Made by a program: the position numbers and the translations under genes | Shown here: in pieces, positions 36,948 to 50,461 of the stretch | How positions within the stretch are numbered: position 1 is the first letter of the stretch | How the letters are laid out: the number at the start of each line of letters is the position of its first letter | Origin: Octopus bimaculoides | Taxonomy: Eukaryota | Length of the DNA: 64,000 nucleotides | Direction: 5' to 3' | Assembly: GCF_001194135.2 (NCBI RefSeq) | Contig: NC_068996.1 | Location: 7,329,055 to 7,393,054 of the forward strand | Notes under the pieces: generated by a model | The model's database searches: none | Told to the model about the DNA's origin: nothing | The model's input: the letters and a program-made list of their open reading frames with translations, nothing else

Positions 36948-37475
36948 ATATATAGGTGCAGGAATGGCTGTGTGGTAAGTAGCATGCCTACTAACCACAT
37001 GGTTCTATGTTCAGTCCCACTGCGTGGCACCTTGGGCAAGTGTCTTCTACTATAGCCTCGGGCTGACCAAAGTCTTATGAGTGGATTTGATAGAGAGAAA
37101 CTGAAAGAAGCCCGTTCTATATATATGTACATATGTATGTATGTATTTGTGTGTCTGTGTTTATCCCTCTGCCTTCGCTTGGCAACCAATGGTGGTGTGT
37201 TTGTCCCCATAACTTAGCAGTTCAACAAAACAGACTGATAGAATGAGTACTAAGCTTACAAAGAATAAGTCTTCAGGTCAATTTTGAGTAAAACCGTTTA
37301 AGGTAGTGCCCCAGCATGGCCACACTCAAATGACAAACAAGTAAAAGAATATATATATATAAGCATGACTGTGTTGTAATAAGCTTGCTCGCGAACTACA
37401 TGGTTCCAAGTTCAGTCCCACGTGTGGCACTTTGGTCAAGTGGATTTGGTAGATGGAAACTGGAAGAAGCCCATC

Positions 37476-37507
<32 letters not shown>

Positions 37508-37636
37508 TTGTGCCTGTATTTGTCCCCCACCATTGATTGACAACTGGTGTGTTTACATCCCAGTGACTTAGCAGTTTGACAAAAGATAAAATAAGTATTG
37601 GGATTGATTCAGTGCAATGACTGAAACAAGTAAAAG
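36948..37636 (+). mobile_element. Two tandem SINE family A copies
   Basis: About 36948-37348 and 37359-37636. Confidence 0.8.
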
Positions 37637-38329
37637 GCATGTATGTATGTATGTATGTATGTATAAACATTGGACACCGTTGGAATGAACGTTGCTAGGT
37701 GTTGAAGCTATGATAGATATGTCCATCTAGATTTTAAAATGCTTTTATTGTGATATGTATGTAATTGTTTGTGTATCTCTTTTTTTTAGTTTGGTCTTGA
37801 TTAAGTGTGTGTGTGTGCATGGGTGCGTATGAGGAAAAGAGAAGAGAGGGTGTGTGTGTCCGTCCACCTTTAACACTAGAATATCTTGTGTTGTCTCAGT
37901 ATTTTGTGTTCATTATCACCACCACCACCACCACCATTACCACTGTTATCAAGTTGTCATCATCACTAACATCACTACAACTACTACCAGCACTATTATT
38001 ATCATTACTTCCATCATTATCGTTCTTTACCATCACCAACACTATTGGCACCCAGCTCCACCTACACTACAAGCATCCCTCCACACCCCACACACCCTGC
38101 AATCTCATCTACAACTACAGACAACATTTACCTTATCATCATCATCATCAGCTACAAGTGTATGAAAACTTGACACAACTTGATTTATTATTTTGTATAT
38201 TTTTTTAGGTTTTTGTTCTTTTTTTTTTATGATGATTCTCTGATTACATCTTATTGTCATTCCACCTCGAGGTATTATTGGTTGTGTATATTGACACCTC
38301 TTCTGGAAGATTCTTGTAGATGTAGACAC

Positions 38330-38670
38330 CATTAATTTCAATGGTTTCAGTTGTAGAACTAGTTTGTGGTGGCAGATCTTCCCTGAATATATCTTTAAAT
38401 GGTTTGGCTGATCCAGTATCATTAAGAGCTTATCCAATGTCTTTTTTGGATACTTTGGTACAAGTCCCTTTTATATTTCTGATTTCTTTATGTAGGCAGT
38501 TGAACAGTTGAGAACCTCTAGATATGAGACTGGTACAATAGTGTTTTTGCTCATTATTTTAAAAATGGTATATTTGGAAACTGAGAGTATCTGCCAGTTC
38601 ATGCTTTAAAATTTTCTGTAATGCTGAAGTTTGGAACATTCCCCTCCAGGATTTTCTGTATGTATATGAT
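38330..38670 (-). mobile_element. CR1-like LINE 3' remnant
   Basis: Decayed Y-x-x-KILEG-x-VPN and DKLL..DQP-like C-terminal motifs. Confidence 0.5.
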
Positions 38671-38674
38671 ACTT

Positions 38675-39231
38675 TCAATCGAAATCGAACTAAATTTGTA
38701 GTCTGGCACCCATGCCAACGTCTCTTCATTCAACACTAAACTCGGCTTGCGAAGACCTGTTGGGGCAAGCGAAAGCGAAATCGTGATGGCACCTGTACCA
38801 GTAGATCACTAAGAGCACTGTCCAAGCGTGATCGTTGCCAGAGCACCAGCTGTCTGGCTTCCGTTAGGGGACACGTAAATAGCACCATTTGAGCATGATC
38901 GTTACCAACGTTGCCCTCCTGGCATTTGTGCCAGTGGCATGTGAAAAGACATTCAAGCGAGTTCGTTGCCAGTGCCGCTGGACTGGCTCCTGTGCAGGTG
39001 GCACGTAAAATACACCATTTCGAGCATGGCCATTGCCAGTACCTCCTGACTGGCCTTCGTGCCGGTGGCACGTAAAAGCACCCACTACACTCTCGGAGTG
39101 GTTGGCGTTAGGAAGGGCATCCAGCTGTAGAAATTCTGCCAAATCTGATTGGAGCTTGGTGTAGCCATCTGGCTCACCAGTCCTCAGTCAAATCGTCCAA
39201 CCCATGCTAGCATGGAAAGCGGACGTTAAAC

Positions 39232-39272
<41 letters not shown>
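38675..39272 (+). mobile_element. RTE 3'-UTR-derived element (family C), long copy
   Basis: As above, with a long (GAT)n tail. Confidence 0.85.
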
Positions 39273-39273
<1 letters not shown>

Positions 39274-39477
39274 CTCTTCAGCATTCAAGAGTAGAGATGC
39301 AAGGCTTTCTGATATTTCCAGTGATTAAGGTTTTTAACAAAAGTTATTTTACTGGTAAACCTTCCCTTCTATGAGACCAGATGAGTTTGGAGACCAAAGC
39401 TGTGAGCAGCAATCTAAACTGCTCAGATCTAAGATTTTACCACAGAGTCAGCCTAACTGCTGGTTCTCTTGTTACAG

Positions 39478-39518
39478 GGGTTCATAGGATCTATCCTACA
39501 AGACATCTGCATTTATAG
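39478..39518 (+). CDS. Candidate 41-nt exon (GFIGSILQDICIY in phase 0; xVHRIYPTRHLHL* in phase 1)
   Basis: Branch-like cctaac, acceptor ttctcttgttacag, donor TAG|gtcagt. Confidence 0.3.
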
Positions 39519-40212
39519 GTCAGTTTGGTGATGTGGCTGATGAAAAAAGCATCATCTAACATGATTATTCCTATGTCCTGTTTGCCATTAGTTCTCTGAC
39601 TCATTGTTGGGTGTCAAATAATAGTGTCTTCTATTATAACCTTGGACCAACCAAAGCCTTGTATAAAATAAATATATGGAAAATAGATACATTGTGTTCA
39701 GACACAAGATAGGTTGGAAACAGCTGGAATGACTTTGAGGATAGGTGTATGCCGTATCAACCTGATCTCTGGGTAATCAATAAAATACACACGCACACAC
39801 ACACAGAGTTTATGTCTCCTAAATTCTTCTTTCACTAGATACAGGCTTGGTCATGTGATTAAAATGCCTACTTCAGAACAATATCATTGAGGATTGGTTC
39901 CTGCTGCATGGACACTGTTGGCTGGTGCAGCATGTTGAGTGAAATCTGGTGCATAGAAACTGAAAGATGCCCTCCCTCGTATGTGTGTGTGTGTGTGTGT
40001 GTGTGTATTGCCCTTGTTTCAATGTGCAAGTGTTGATTATAAACAAAAGATCATCATTCACACAAATGGTGTCATTTGTTTATAATCTTCCATATGTTTG
40101 GAAATGGTTGAAGGTTGGTGATAGGAAGAGCATTTGCCAGTAGAAAAATTTGCTTTAGCAACTGGTTATTAAAAATGCAGATAGCATGCATGAGTGTGAA
40201 TAATACAAATAT

Positions 40213-40617
40213 ATAGGCGCAGGAGTGGCTGTGTGGTAAGTAGCTTGTTTACCAACCACATTGTTCCGGGTTCAGTCCCACTATGTAGCACCTTGGGCAA
40301 GTGTCTTCTACTATAGCCTCGGGCCGACCAAAGCCTTGTGGGTGGATTTGGTAGACGGAAATTGAAAGAAGCCTGTCGTATACATGTATATATATGTATG
40401 TGTGTGTATATGTTTGTGTGTTTGTCCCCCCAACTTTGCTTGACAACCGATGCTGGTGTGTTTACGTCCCCGTAACTTAGTGGTTCGGCAAAAAGAGACC
40501 GATAGAATAAGTACTAGGCTTTAAAAAAATAAGTCCTGGGTTCGATTTACTCGACTAAAGGTGGCGCTCCAGCATGGCTGCAGTCAAATGACTGAAACAA
40601 GTAAAAGAGTAAAAGAA
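40213..40617 (+). mobile_element. SINE family A, full length
   Basis: As other copies. Confidence 0.9.
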
Positions 40618-40679
40618 TATATATTAAAAGAAATGAACTAAAAAGGCAGCCTCAAATTTAGTAAGTAAAAACTAGGGGT

Positions 40680-42100
40680 TTTTCAACTTCCCAGAATTCA
40701 TATTGCTCAGAAGATTTAGGTGTATAAAACAATTTCCACAGTTTGGGAATCAGCTACAATTTATATTTTTCAATTTTTTAAATTCATCTAATGATTTAGT
40801 GTTTGTGATATTAAAAAGTAAAAATTACTAAATATTTGAAAAAGAAAATATGCATATTTGTATAGAAAACTAATTCACTAAAAAAGGTAAATATTTTCCT
40901 AATGATTAAAAATATTTCAATCAATTTGATATCTTATCTCTTGAAGCCAGTATTGTTGATAGTTTGTTGTCACACAAATTTGATTAGAATTTTATAACAA
41001 AGAAAAGGCTATCTCTCTGCTTTGATTGAAATGGTCCCAAGGTTAAAGAATTGTCTATGCCAGGTGACACTTCTATTTGCAGTAATTTGATATACATTCC
41101 TTAACGATGTCATTTTGTTTTTTTATTCATAACATGATTGAATGTTCTTTTGATTGTTGTTTTTCTACAAATTTGTTAATGGCAACATTTAATATCTGTA
41201 GTATAGACATTTCCTTTGAGGGAAGTGGGTGCTTCAATTATCATAGGTTTGGAATCGGAATGATAAGTGGGGGTTCTTCTAGTAAAATCATGAGCATCCT
41301 TTTTTAACAATTTCTTTGTGATATTTAACCATAAAGTTTCTGGTGGCAAAATTAGATATGAGTCAAGTGTGGTCAAGATTAAAAGAGGATTATTTAAATA
41401 CTTCATTAATCCAATCAGATTCATATTCTTTTGTTATTTGATTCTTTTTCATCAGCAAAACGGATACTGGACTGTTTTGTCACTTCAATTCTTTTAGAAT
41501 AACAACAAATATGCTCTCTGTAGTGACAAACATTTCATTTCTTTGACCTAGATTTTCAACTTCACTTTAATTGGTTCTAATGCTGAAACTGTATAAATAG
41601 TATTAAATTCTTTGTCGATTGAATGCTTTTGTATCAATTATAACTTTCACACTACAACCTCTAAGGAACAAGAATATTCTAACACTGCAAATAAACTATT
41701 TTGCTTTAATATGTTTGGCTAATTGAAATTCATGACCATGATCTTCTTTAACATATTTCTGAAGTATTCCATTGGAATGAACTGACAGTTATTTTAATTT
41801 TTTAATGAAATTGTTAATGCTTAAATTTTCTTTGGTAGCAGGGTTTTCTATAATGTTATTTCATTAAGCAAATCGACATAATTATTAAACATATTCACAA
41901 CTGTAGAATCTATGCATTGATCATCCTGAAATGTACCTTTATGCTCACCATCATCATTACAAAAATCATTAGTTCAATTAATTTCATTCAATTTTCTTGT
42001 AATGAACAGCACAGCCAAAGGAAGTCTATGAGCATAACAAATTAATATGCGCAATTAATAATCTTACCAAGTTTAACCATAACAGTTACAATTGTAATTT
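40680..42100 (-). mobile_element. Heavily decayed hAT-like transposase remnant
   Basis: TISIKAER resembles the hAT dimerisation motif PTSVxAERxFS; many stops. Confidence 0.4.
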
Positions 42101-42214
42101 TATTTATTTATTTACTTATCAAAATTGAATTCAGAAAATGTCTTAGTGAATTATCTTTGATCTTTTTGCTACATATTTCTGTTGAAATGCACTGAATCTC
42201 TTTCATTTCATCTT

Positions 42215-42879
42215 CACCATCATTATTTAACATCCATTTGCCATGCTGGCATGGGTTTAAACAGTTTGATAGAAACTGGCCATCTGAAGAGCTGCCCAAG
42301 CTCCAATTGTCTGTTTTGGCATAGTTTCTATGGCTGGATGCCCTTCCTAACACCATTCACTGTACAGAGTGTACATTTACATAGCACCAGCACCCATGAG
42401 CTGTCAAAATTAGGAATGTTCAGTTGGAGTGGGATGCATGGGGCATGCTTGTATGCAAGGCCAGCCACAATTTCACTTAGTTTGACTGTCTTCTCAAGCG
42501 CAGCAAACCGCTACTAAAATAATTTTATTATGCTCGTGTTTGCAACATAAATTAGCATAAAATTCTGATGCAAGGTTTTAGTTTCAATCATTTTAGAGCA
42601 AGATGTTTGTATCACAGAACCAAGGAGAATCCCAGGCCGGTTTGGTATTAAAAACGTTAAAAAGCATAAGAGGGTGTTTGTTAAATCAACCAATTATCTA
42701 AACCCTTTAGCATTTAAATTGGCCATATTAGGCACAAATATTCTGTTTTTATGCTCAAACTGGCCAAATCCAGTCTTTCACACTTACAAAGTCTTTTTAA
42801 AAGTAGACCACCACATCACTGAAATCTCAAAGTTATGAGGTAATGTATGATGAAGTAATGTATGATTCAAATGATTGTG

Positions 42880-42927
<48 letters not shown>

Positions 42928-43160
42928 TTAACGTTTGTTGTCCATGCTGGCATGGGTTGGATGGTTTGACCAGAGTTGGCAAGCTGGAAGGCTGCACCAG
43001 ACAGACTCCAGTCTGATTTGGCATGGTTTCTACTATTGGATGCCCTCCTTAATGCCAATCATTCCAAGTGTGTAATATGTGTTTTTACATGCCACTGGCA
43101 CAGGTGCCATTTGCATGACTTCAGTATCTTCCACAACTGTGATTTTACTTGGCTTGATGG
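42215..43160 (-). mobile_element. Older RTE-tail repeats (42215-42510 and 42880-43160; also about 2353-2545, 10268-10440, 22195-22420, 50215-50420, 51400-51590)
   Basis: catcatcatttaac..ccatgctggcatgggttgg..ggatgcccttcctaa signature. Confidence 0.7.
42703..42870. mobile_element. Partial piggyBac-type MITE related to 18398-18605
   Basis: Shared internal sequence in the opposite orientation. Confidence 0.5.
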
Positions 43161-43383
43161 GTCTTCTCAGCATTATATTTGACTGAGGCATCTGAATGTT
43201 AGAAGGTTATGATAGCCACAAGTAATGATTGTTTTTTTGTTTTTTTAATAACATTGTTGTGCATCCTGAGGCTTTGGGACTTGAGAATCCTGAGAGAAAG
43301 AGAGAGAGATGGACAGACAGACAGACAGACAGACAGAGACAGGAGTGAAACTGTATGGAAATTCATTCATGTTGTAAGGCTAT

Positions 43384-43720
43384 GAAGGCATGTGGCTTAG
43401 TGGTTAGCATATTTGGCTCATGATCACAAGATCGTGAATTTGATTTCTGGCAGTGCATTGAGTCCTTGAGCAAGTCACTTTACTTCACATTGCTCCAGTC
43501 CACCCAGCTGGCAAAAATGAGCAGTACCTACAGTTCAAATGGGCCAATCTTGTCATGTTCTATGTCACACTGAATCTCCGAGAACTACGTTGAGGGCGTC
43601 CATATCTGTGGAGTGCTCAGCCACCTATTCATTAATTTCATCAAGCTGGCTGTTCCATTGATTGGATCAACTGGAACCCTTATCATCGTAACCAATAAAA
43701 TGTCACTAAATTTTTTTTTT
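43384..43720 (+). mobile_element. Distinct tRNA-derived SINE (family E)
   Basis: tggcttagtggttag A-box-like head, ccttgagcaagtcac CORE-like segment, different body. Confidence 0.6.
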
Positions 43721-43927
43721 TTTTTAAGTGTGAGACTCAATATGTTACCCAGTTTACTACCACCACCTAGAATTTGGGTGTCCACTCTGCTGTAAGCATT
43801 TAGGTCAAGATTCTAGTCTGAAGATAACTTCCTTCCTTGTCCTCTTTACTAATTCCTATTAAGAGGAAAATAAATGATAAAAGAATATAGCGACTCAATG
43901 AGGAGCTCTCTGTGTTGTCACATGATC

Positions 43928-44290
43928 TGCAATAAACAGCACCCAGTTTTCTCTTAAAGGTTCTGCAAAGGGTCATGAGTATGTCTTGCTTTTCCTCCTC
44001 CAACTAATCTTTGAAAATAAAGAACATAACAACCCAATGAGGGGACCCTTTATGAGACCACTTGACCTCCAAGAAATAGCAGCCAGATTTCCTTTAAAGG
44101 ATGTTCTGTAAAGGGTCATTCATGGCCATAGCTCTTCTTCCAATTAATCTAAAAATAAAATTTTAAAGCAGTGACCCAAATAGAGGCCATCAATAAAGTT
44201 ACTCATCCTACAAGAAATAGCAACCAAATCTCCCTAAACTGAAGTTCTGCGATGAAAGGGTCATAAGAGCTGCTCTTCTGATTAGTCTGT
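43928..44290. repeat. Degenerate tandem repeat, period about 140 bp, about 2.5 copies
   Basis: aaatagcagccagatttc..gttctg..aaagggtcat recurs at about 43930, 44071 and 44212. Confidence 0.7.
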
Positions 44291-44307
44291 AAAAAAGAAG
44301 ACACACA

Positions 44308-44341
<34 letters not shown>

Positions 44342-44676
44342 CAAATTTGATGGGTGGGAGAAGCAACCCAGCTACTTCAAGACAGTTCTAGAAGTGGGAG
44401 TGTAGAAGTTTCTTAAAAAAAAATCTGCTTCCTCCTTTTTTTTGTTTTTATTACTTTTGTGTTTTTTTATTTATTATGTAGCAAAGGATGAAAATCTAAA
44501 CAAACAGACATGTTTACTAAGAGCAATAAATGTAAAAGATTTTTTCTCTCAAATAATATGTATGTGCTTATGTACACACGCACACACACGTACACACACG
44601 TGTGTATGTATATGTGTTTATATATACAAACATACATGTATATATGTGTGCATGTATTTGTATGTGTATATGTATT

Positions 44677-44716
<40 letters not shown>

Positions 44717-45056
44717 ATGTGTAAGTATATATATATTGTAAAATAGGAACTACAGCCTCTGAAAGTTGATATATATTTAAACTGTTCAGGAAAGAAAGAA
44801 AAAAAAGTAACCAAAACTTTAGCTTCTGTAAAAGCTATTTTCAGAGTTGGCTATAAATAGTTAAAGTACTAAAGCCTCTACACACACACACACACACACA
44901 CACACTCCCACACTCATATGCTCTTTATCTCTGTCTCTGAAATTGTCTCTATTTCTGTTTTACATGTTTTTCTCTCTCTTTCTGTCATCCCCTTCCCATT
45001 CTCTCTCTGCCTATGTCTTGTTTTGTTTTTCTTATTCTTTTTGATTCTCATTCTTA

Positions 45057-45130
<74 letters not shown>

Positions 45131-45709
45131 ATCCATGTTCTTTCCCTATCCTCATTCTCATTTTATTTCATCCTTAGTCTCCCTGTCAGTTCATTGAGGT
45201 TTTCCTGGCTATTAAACTACATTTAAGAGCAAATGAATGGCCAGGTCAATAATCACACATAATAAACAGCTATCACATATCTTGTCAGTAGCAGAGTATT
45301 GTGTCTGTCACAAAGATACTTCACTCCTGTTTAGCTCAGTCCACTTACTTGTAATTAGGCACCACAGGATAGGAACAGCTTACCATTGCAAACAGTAATG
45401 ACTAGTCCACATTATTACATAAGGAACACAGCTGATTTTCCAGTCTTTCTGGTGTGTATACACCTCTCTGGACAGGATGCCTACTCATTGTTTTGCAATG
45501 TGAAGTGTTTTGCTCAAGAACACAACACGTCACCAATTCCAGGAATTATGATGAGTCAAACATCCTAACCACTAAACCATGCACATCCACAAACAAATGC
45601 AATAGTATAATACAATTCTGGGTCCAATTCCTGTTGGGAAGGAATGAGCTTTATGATTTTTTCTTTTCTTAATTTGCTTGTTCTGGAGGAAGGGTCATTG
45701 TCCATTATC

Positions 45710-46250
45710 CTTGTAGGTTGTTTGAGGAAATGAAATTGGTGCTATTAATGTTCTTCTTGAAGTTAACTATAGGAATATGAACAGGGAGGGAATTCCGGTG
45801 GGCTAATATTTTGGTGAGGAAAGACATAGTGAGTGATGAGAGGAGAAGGGACAAGTTGTTCAATGTCTGATAAAGGTATCATAGACTCAGCCAACTCTGG
45901 GGAGCAGAGGTCATTATAGTAGTGGTAAGAACAAAAGAGAGAAGACAGTGTGCTTATGGGCCTGAGACTGGACATGCTTATAAGTGACTTTATGCCAATC
46001 AGTCAACTGAAATTTTTTGGATGGATGTTGACATATGCAGCAGCAACATTCTCCTAGATGTGAAAGCTATACTCTATTACAATAGGGAACAAAACCAAAC
46101 ACTGGGGCATGCTAGATTTGGTAAGCTGAGGAACATCTTTGTTATCTGATAGAATGCTAATGATCCAAGAAATGAGAAATGGGTGGAGTCTATTGGCAAA
46201 CAGTTTTTATAAGCGATTTGCATGCCAGACATGATCTAAAACTTAGCTAT
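45710..46250 (-). mobile_element. CR1/Jockey-group LINE 3' remnant
   Basis: YHYYNDLCSPELA resembles the YRYYxGxCSxEL motif; downstream NSLP..FK.NIN-like tail. Confidence 0.55.
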
Positions 46251-46289
46251 ATACAATGTGTTTAGTAATAGATATAATATGTTTATTTG

Positions 46290-47129
46290 TACGAGGTGGT
46301 ATGTAAAAAAGTTCCCAGACTGGTTATGTTTAATAAAAAATAACTTATTTGCTTAAATTTTAACATCATCTCTTTCGAAATAGTCTCCTTACTAGTCCCC
46401 ATGTTCCTATCACTTTTGGAATCTGGTCTGGAAGTCCATTTCTGTAAGCGAGTTGAGGACCTGCGATTCACTCTTGTCAAAACGGTGACCTTTGAGCTGC
46501 ATTTTCATCTTGGATGAAGAGATAGAAGTCTGCAAGTGCTAAGTCTGATGAAGAGGGTGGATACGGATGTGATACCTTGTTTTTGGTGGGAAACTCACGA
46601 GTGAGGAGAGCTTGGTGACAGGGTGCATTGTCACCATAAAGAATCCAATTTTATGCGCTCCACCAAATGTCACTTTCACCAAATGTCCTCCCTCAAATAC
46701 TTCAAAATGTCACAATAAAACTATTGATTGACAGTCTAGCCCTGGGCATGAATTTTTAATGCACAATACTGAGGATGTCCAAAAAAAAAAATAATGAGCT
46801 CTGTCATGCCTTTTGAGGCATCTGTGCCACTTGAAACATTGCATATGACCCATTGCCTTATTGCCATAAGCTTGCCAAAGCATGCTCAATGTCTCTATAA
46901 TAGCTTTCCCAAGTTTAACATAAAATTTCTTGTTGGCTCTTTGTTCTGACTTCCTGTCCATGACAAAAGATAACAGTCTACAACATGCATGTAAAGTAAA
47001 CACAGCAATATCACTCAGCACACTGCTTCTTGAAGGTCGCTGTTAGTTCTCACTTCGCATGCAACCATGTGCTGCCATCTGTTGGCATGCTACAGAACTA
47101 GTACAGGAACTTTTTGATGCCACCTTGTA
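46290..47129 (-). mobile_element. Internally deleted mariner element with TIRs and TA ends
   Basis: TIRs tacgaggtggtatgtaaaaaagttcc / ggaactttttgatgccaccttgta; N-terminal EQRANKKFYVKLGK..ETLSML.QAYG. Confidence 0.9.
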
Positions 47130-47396
47130 TGACTCATTTGGGAGGTTTTGGGCCTGTGCTATCCTGGAATGAGTATGCACAATATTTTTGAAGACATGGA
47201 CAAATCAAAGTAGAACTGGACAGGTCACAACATGAAGAGAATGAAAACAACAAGTAGAGCTCAGGGTTTACTCGTAAGAACTTTAAAAACTACAAATAGA
47301 ATTGTGGTCATCAACAGATTCAATGGCAAAACATCAATGACAAATTACAGACAAAAAATTGAGAGAATCCAGAAAATTACAAATTAAACTGTGGTT

Positions 47397-47727
47397 CAGT
47401 TCTATACTTAAGAGATGAGGAATTATGTACATTATTTACATTTGACGGATATTTGCCCACATTTATTGTTAACACAATGTTTTAGGCATATGGCGTAGTG
47501 GTTAGCAGCGTGGGCTACTAACCCCAAGATTCCAAGTTCGATTCCAGGCAGTGACCTGAATAATAATCATAATAATGATATCGAAAAATACTTTAGGAAT
47601 GAGAACCCAAGTTAGAAATTTCTCCAAGACACCTGATGAAGGCTTGAGGGTGTATCAGCTGAAACGTTGAGTTAACAACAAGCAAGATGAGGACAAATAT
47701 CCGTCAAATGTAAATGATGTAAATAAT
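47397..47727. mobile_element. Second copy of the tRNA-hammerhead element (short inverted 3' piece plus full + strand unit)
   Basis: Same sequence family as 13987-14491. A box tggcgtagtgg (47491-47501), B box agttcgattcc (47535-47545). Possible TSD aaactgtggtt / aaaccgaggtt. Confidence 0.85.
47628..47673 (+). ncRNA. Minimal type I hammerhead ribozyme motif, near intact
   Basis: gacac-CTGATGA-a-ggctt..cagct-GAAA-cgt-T-gagtt: conserved core, stem II, palindromic ACGT stem III, stem I with one mismatch. Confidence 0.6.
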
Positions 47728-49529
47728 AAACCGAGGTTGTCAGTTGATGTAATATCAAGATGATATCAAGATCTTCAAACCTAGAAAGTGGAGAGCGAGA
47801 GAAGCACAAAACCCAAAACAAATTGTGACAGCTGAGGAAGATGTACTCTCAGAGAAGGCTGGGGGACAATGTTTGGAACTAATGCTGAAGAAGAAAGATA
47901 ATAACATTAGTAATATTAAGCAGATAATATTAGATTGAAGTGAGTGGCTACAACTGTTAGTGTGTGTGGTGTTTTAAATGGCCACTAATAGGACCAATTC
48001 CATCATGGGCATTTGGTTTACATTTTCACACTCAGATCAAATAAATTACTGTTACTGGGGGTGGTGGTAGTGTTGGCAACATTGCTGGTAATAACAGGGG
48101 GGGGGGTGATAATGGTGGTGGAATAAAAATAGCTAAATTTGTTCTTATGTTTCATCTTTTTTTTTCTTTCTTTTTTTTACCTCTATTCCAAAAAAGTGTA
48201 AGTTTACATGTTTTCCTCATTCTTCATGTAATGCCTGTCTATTTCCTCCACCCTCTCTTTTTTCTTTTTCTCTCTCTCTTCCATTCCATTACTCCCCTCA
48301 CTTTCATCCCAATTCCTCTTTCCCCTCCCCTCCTTTGTATTTACATTCCTGTGTGTACTTCTCCCTATTTCTCTCTTTCTTTACCTCCTCCTCCCTCTCT
48401 TTGTATTTCTTTCTCCATTTCTCTCCATTTTTATGTTCTTTTCCCTAACACCTCAAGGAACCACACAGGTACCAGTTCTTTATTAACCCACACATAACAC
48501 ATTAAAATTCCTATGTTCACCCTTCAAACAAACACACACACACACACACGCATGTACATTTACGCATTCATATACAAATATGAGTATGGCATACATACAC
48601 AGGTGCATACACATGCATACACACATAAGCGTGTGTATGCCATGTGGACATACATGTATGGTATGCTTGTACATACATTCATATACAAGCATATGCATTT
48701 CATATATGCACACAGGCATGCATTCATGGAATGCATGCCTGTGTGCATACGAGTATGAATGTTATATGCACACATAATCACACATGCGTATGCTCACCCA
48801 CACATCCATATTGTTTTCAAGGTTTTACATAACAGCATTCATTTGTAGTTGGAAGCTTACTTTTACATCTGTAATAAAATAGTAACTTCTTTAATGCTGT
48901 TTCTATTTTTTATTATTATTGTTATTATTATTATTCCTCCCCATTTTTCCAACTTGAAGAACACGGGGAATTTTCCAGTAAGATGATATTACAAACCAGG
49001 TGTGTTCCGAAATCAACATAACTAGCTCTAATAATAGCCCAGTTGCATTATGCTTCAGTAACACATTATTCCATGCCAACTGACGATATTTACTTCAATA
49101 CACGTATATATTGCATAGTGTTAGAATTTATTCTTTTATACATTTACTAATTTCAGTCATTGGACTGCGGCCATTCTGGAGCACTGTGTAATTGATTATA
49201 TCAACCTCTCCAGAACCCACACACAGCCTTCTCTGCAATACCTCTTTTATCCAATATTGAATAAAGGTAAAATGGATATAGGTAGAACTTGAACTCAGAA
49301 TGTGAAAGGACATTAGGCTCTATCTTCTGCTATAGCTTCAATTTTGCCAATACCTTATAAATGGAATTTGGTAGATGGAAACTATATGGAATCATCTCTA
49401 GCCTGTAATCAGACAGCATGTAGATGACATTTTAATGCTGGTTTCTCACAAGAGAGTAATTATCATATTATAATGCATTCAGCAACTTTGACAACCTCAA
49501 AGGCTTTGAAATAAGCTAGCTAATGACAG

Positions 49530-49730
49530 CTAACTGGCAGAATTGTTAGCACACCAGATGGAATGCTTAGAGACATTTCTTCTGGCTTTATGTTTTGAGT
49601 TTGAATTCAGCCAAGGTCAACTTTGCCTTTCATCCTTTTGGGGGTCAATGAAATAAGTACCAGTTCAATGTAATTGACTAACCCACTTTTCACAAAATTG
49701 CTGGCTTTGTGCTAAAAGTAGTAAGAATTA
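49530..49730 (+). mobile_element. SINE family B
   Basis: As other copies. Confidence 0.75.
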
Positions 49731-50461
49731 TTACAAAAGATGGTGCCCCAGCATGGCCTCAGTCTCTGGCTGAAACCAGTAAAAGTAAAAATAACACCAG
49801 ATTGTCTCTCTTTCTCTCTCTCCCCTTCTGTCTCCCTTCCTATTCCCTTTCCCCCTCTCTCTACCTAGAAACCAGAGAGAAGGGATCCAGTAATACCAGC
49901 TTCTACTAGAAAACAGCTTGTAGGTGTCTATTTGTGCACTAGAGGTTAGTCCTACTTCCCTGAGCCAAGGCTGCCTGTGTATGAGATGAAATAATTTGTG
50001 TTCACAACAAAAACAGTCTTTACGGCTTACAACTTTCACATCTTTAATAGAAATAGTTAGCTTCTTCTTTAGTGCTGTTCTATTTTTTTTTTCTTTTATT
50101 CCTCCTGGAGCATCTACAAAGGAAGTTAATGACCGATGTCTGTGTAGCATTCATTACTAGACACTAGCTTGATAGTATAACCCCAAAGAAGCTTCATTAC
50201 ATCTTGATGACATCATCATCATCATCTTCAATTAATGTCCCTGTTCCATACTAGCTTGGTTGAATGTTGTCAAGACCCAATGGGTCCAAGGACTGCATCA
50301 AGCTCCAGGGTCTGTTTTGGCATGGTTTCTATGGCTGGATGCCCTTCCTAATGCCAACCACTCTGAGAGTGTGCATTAGGTGCTTTTTTTCTTGCCATCA
50401 GTACTATTGAGGTTGCCATGCTGTTTATAGAACTACAAACCCCTGGGAAGGTGAGGTCACT

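Larger units (their letters stand above)
47140..47920 (+). mobile_element. Highly decayed RTE-like LINE 3' remnant hosting the 47397-47727 insertion
   Basis: Remnants resembling W-x-GH-x-M-x-R and W-x-x-L-E-E-x-Y motifs; ends in (gaa)-like sequence. Confidence 0.4.

Noticed and set aside
47485-47556. tRNA gene (apparent anticodon ACT)
   Set aside because: Acceptor and T stems do not pair properly and the sequence continues into a repeated element body; it is a SINE-type head.
48530-48800. Self-complementary AC/AT/GT patch as structured RNA
   Set aside because: Low-complexity mix explains the pairing; no defined helices.
49731-50150. 139-aa minus-strand ORF
   Set aside because: It runs through poly-A, CT-rich and SINE sequence, with no splice or domain support.
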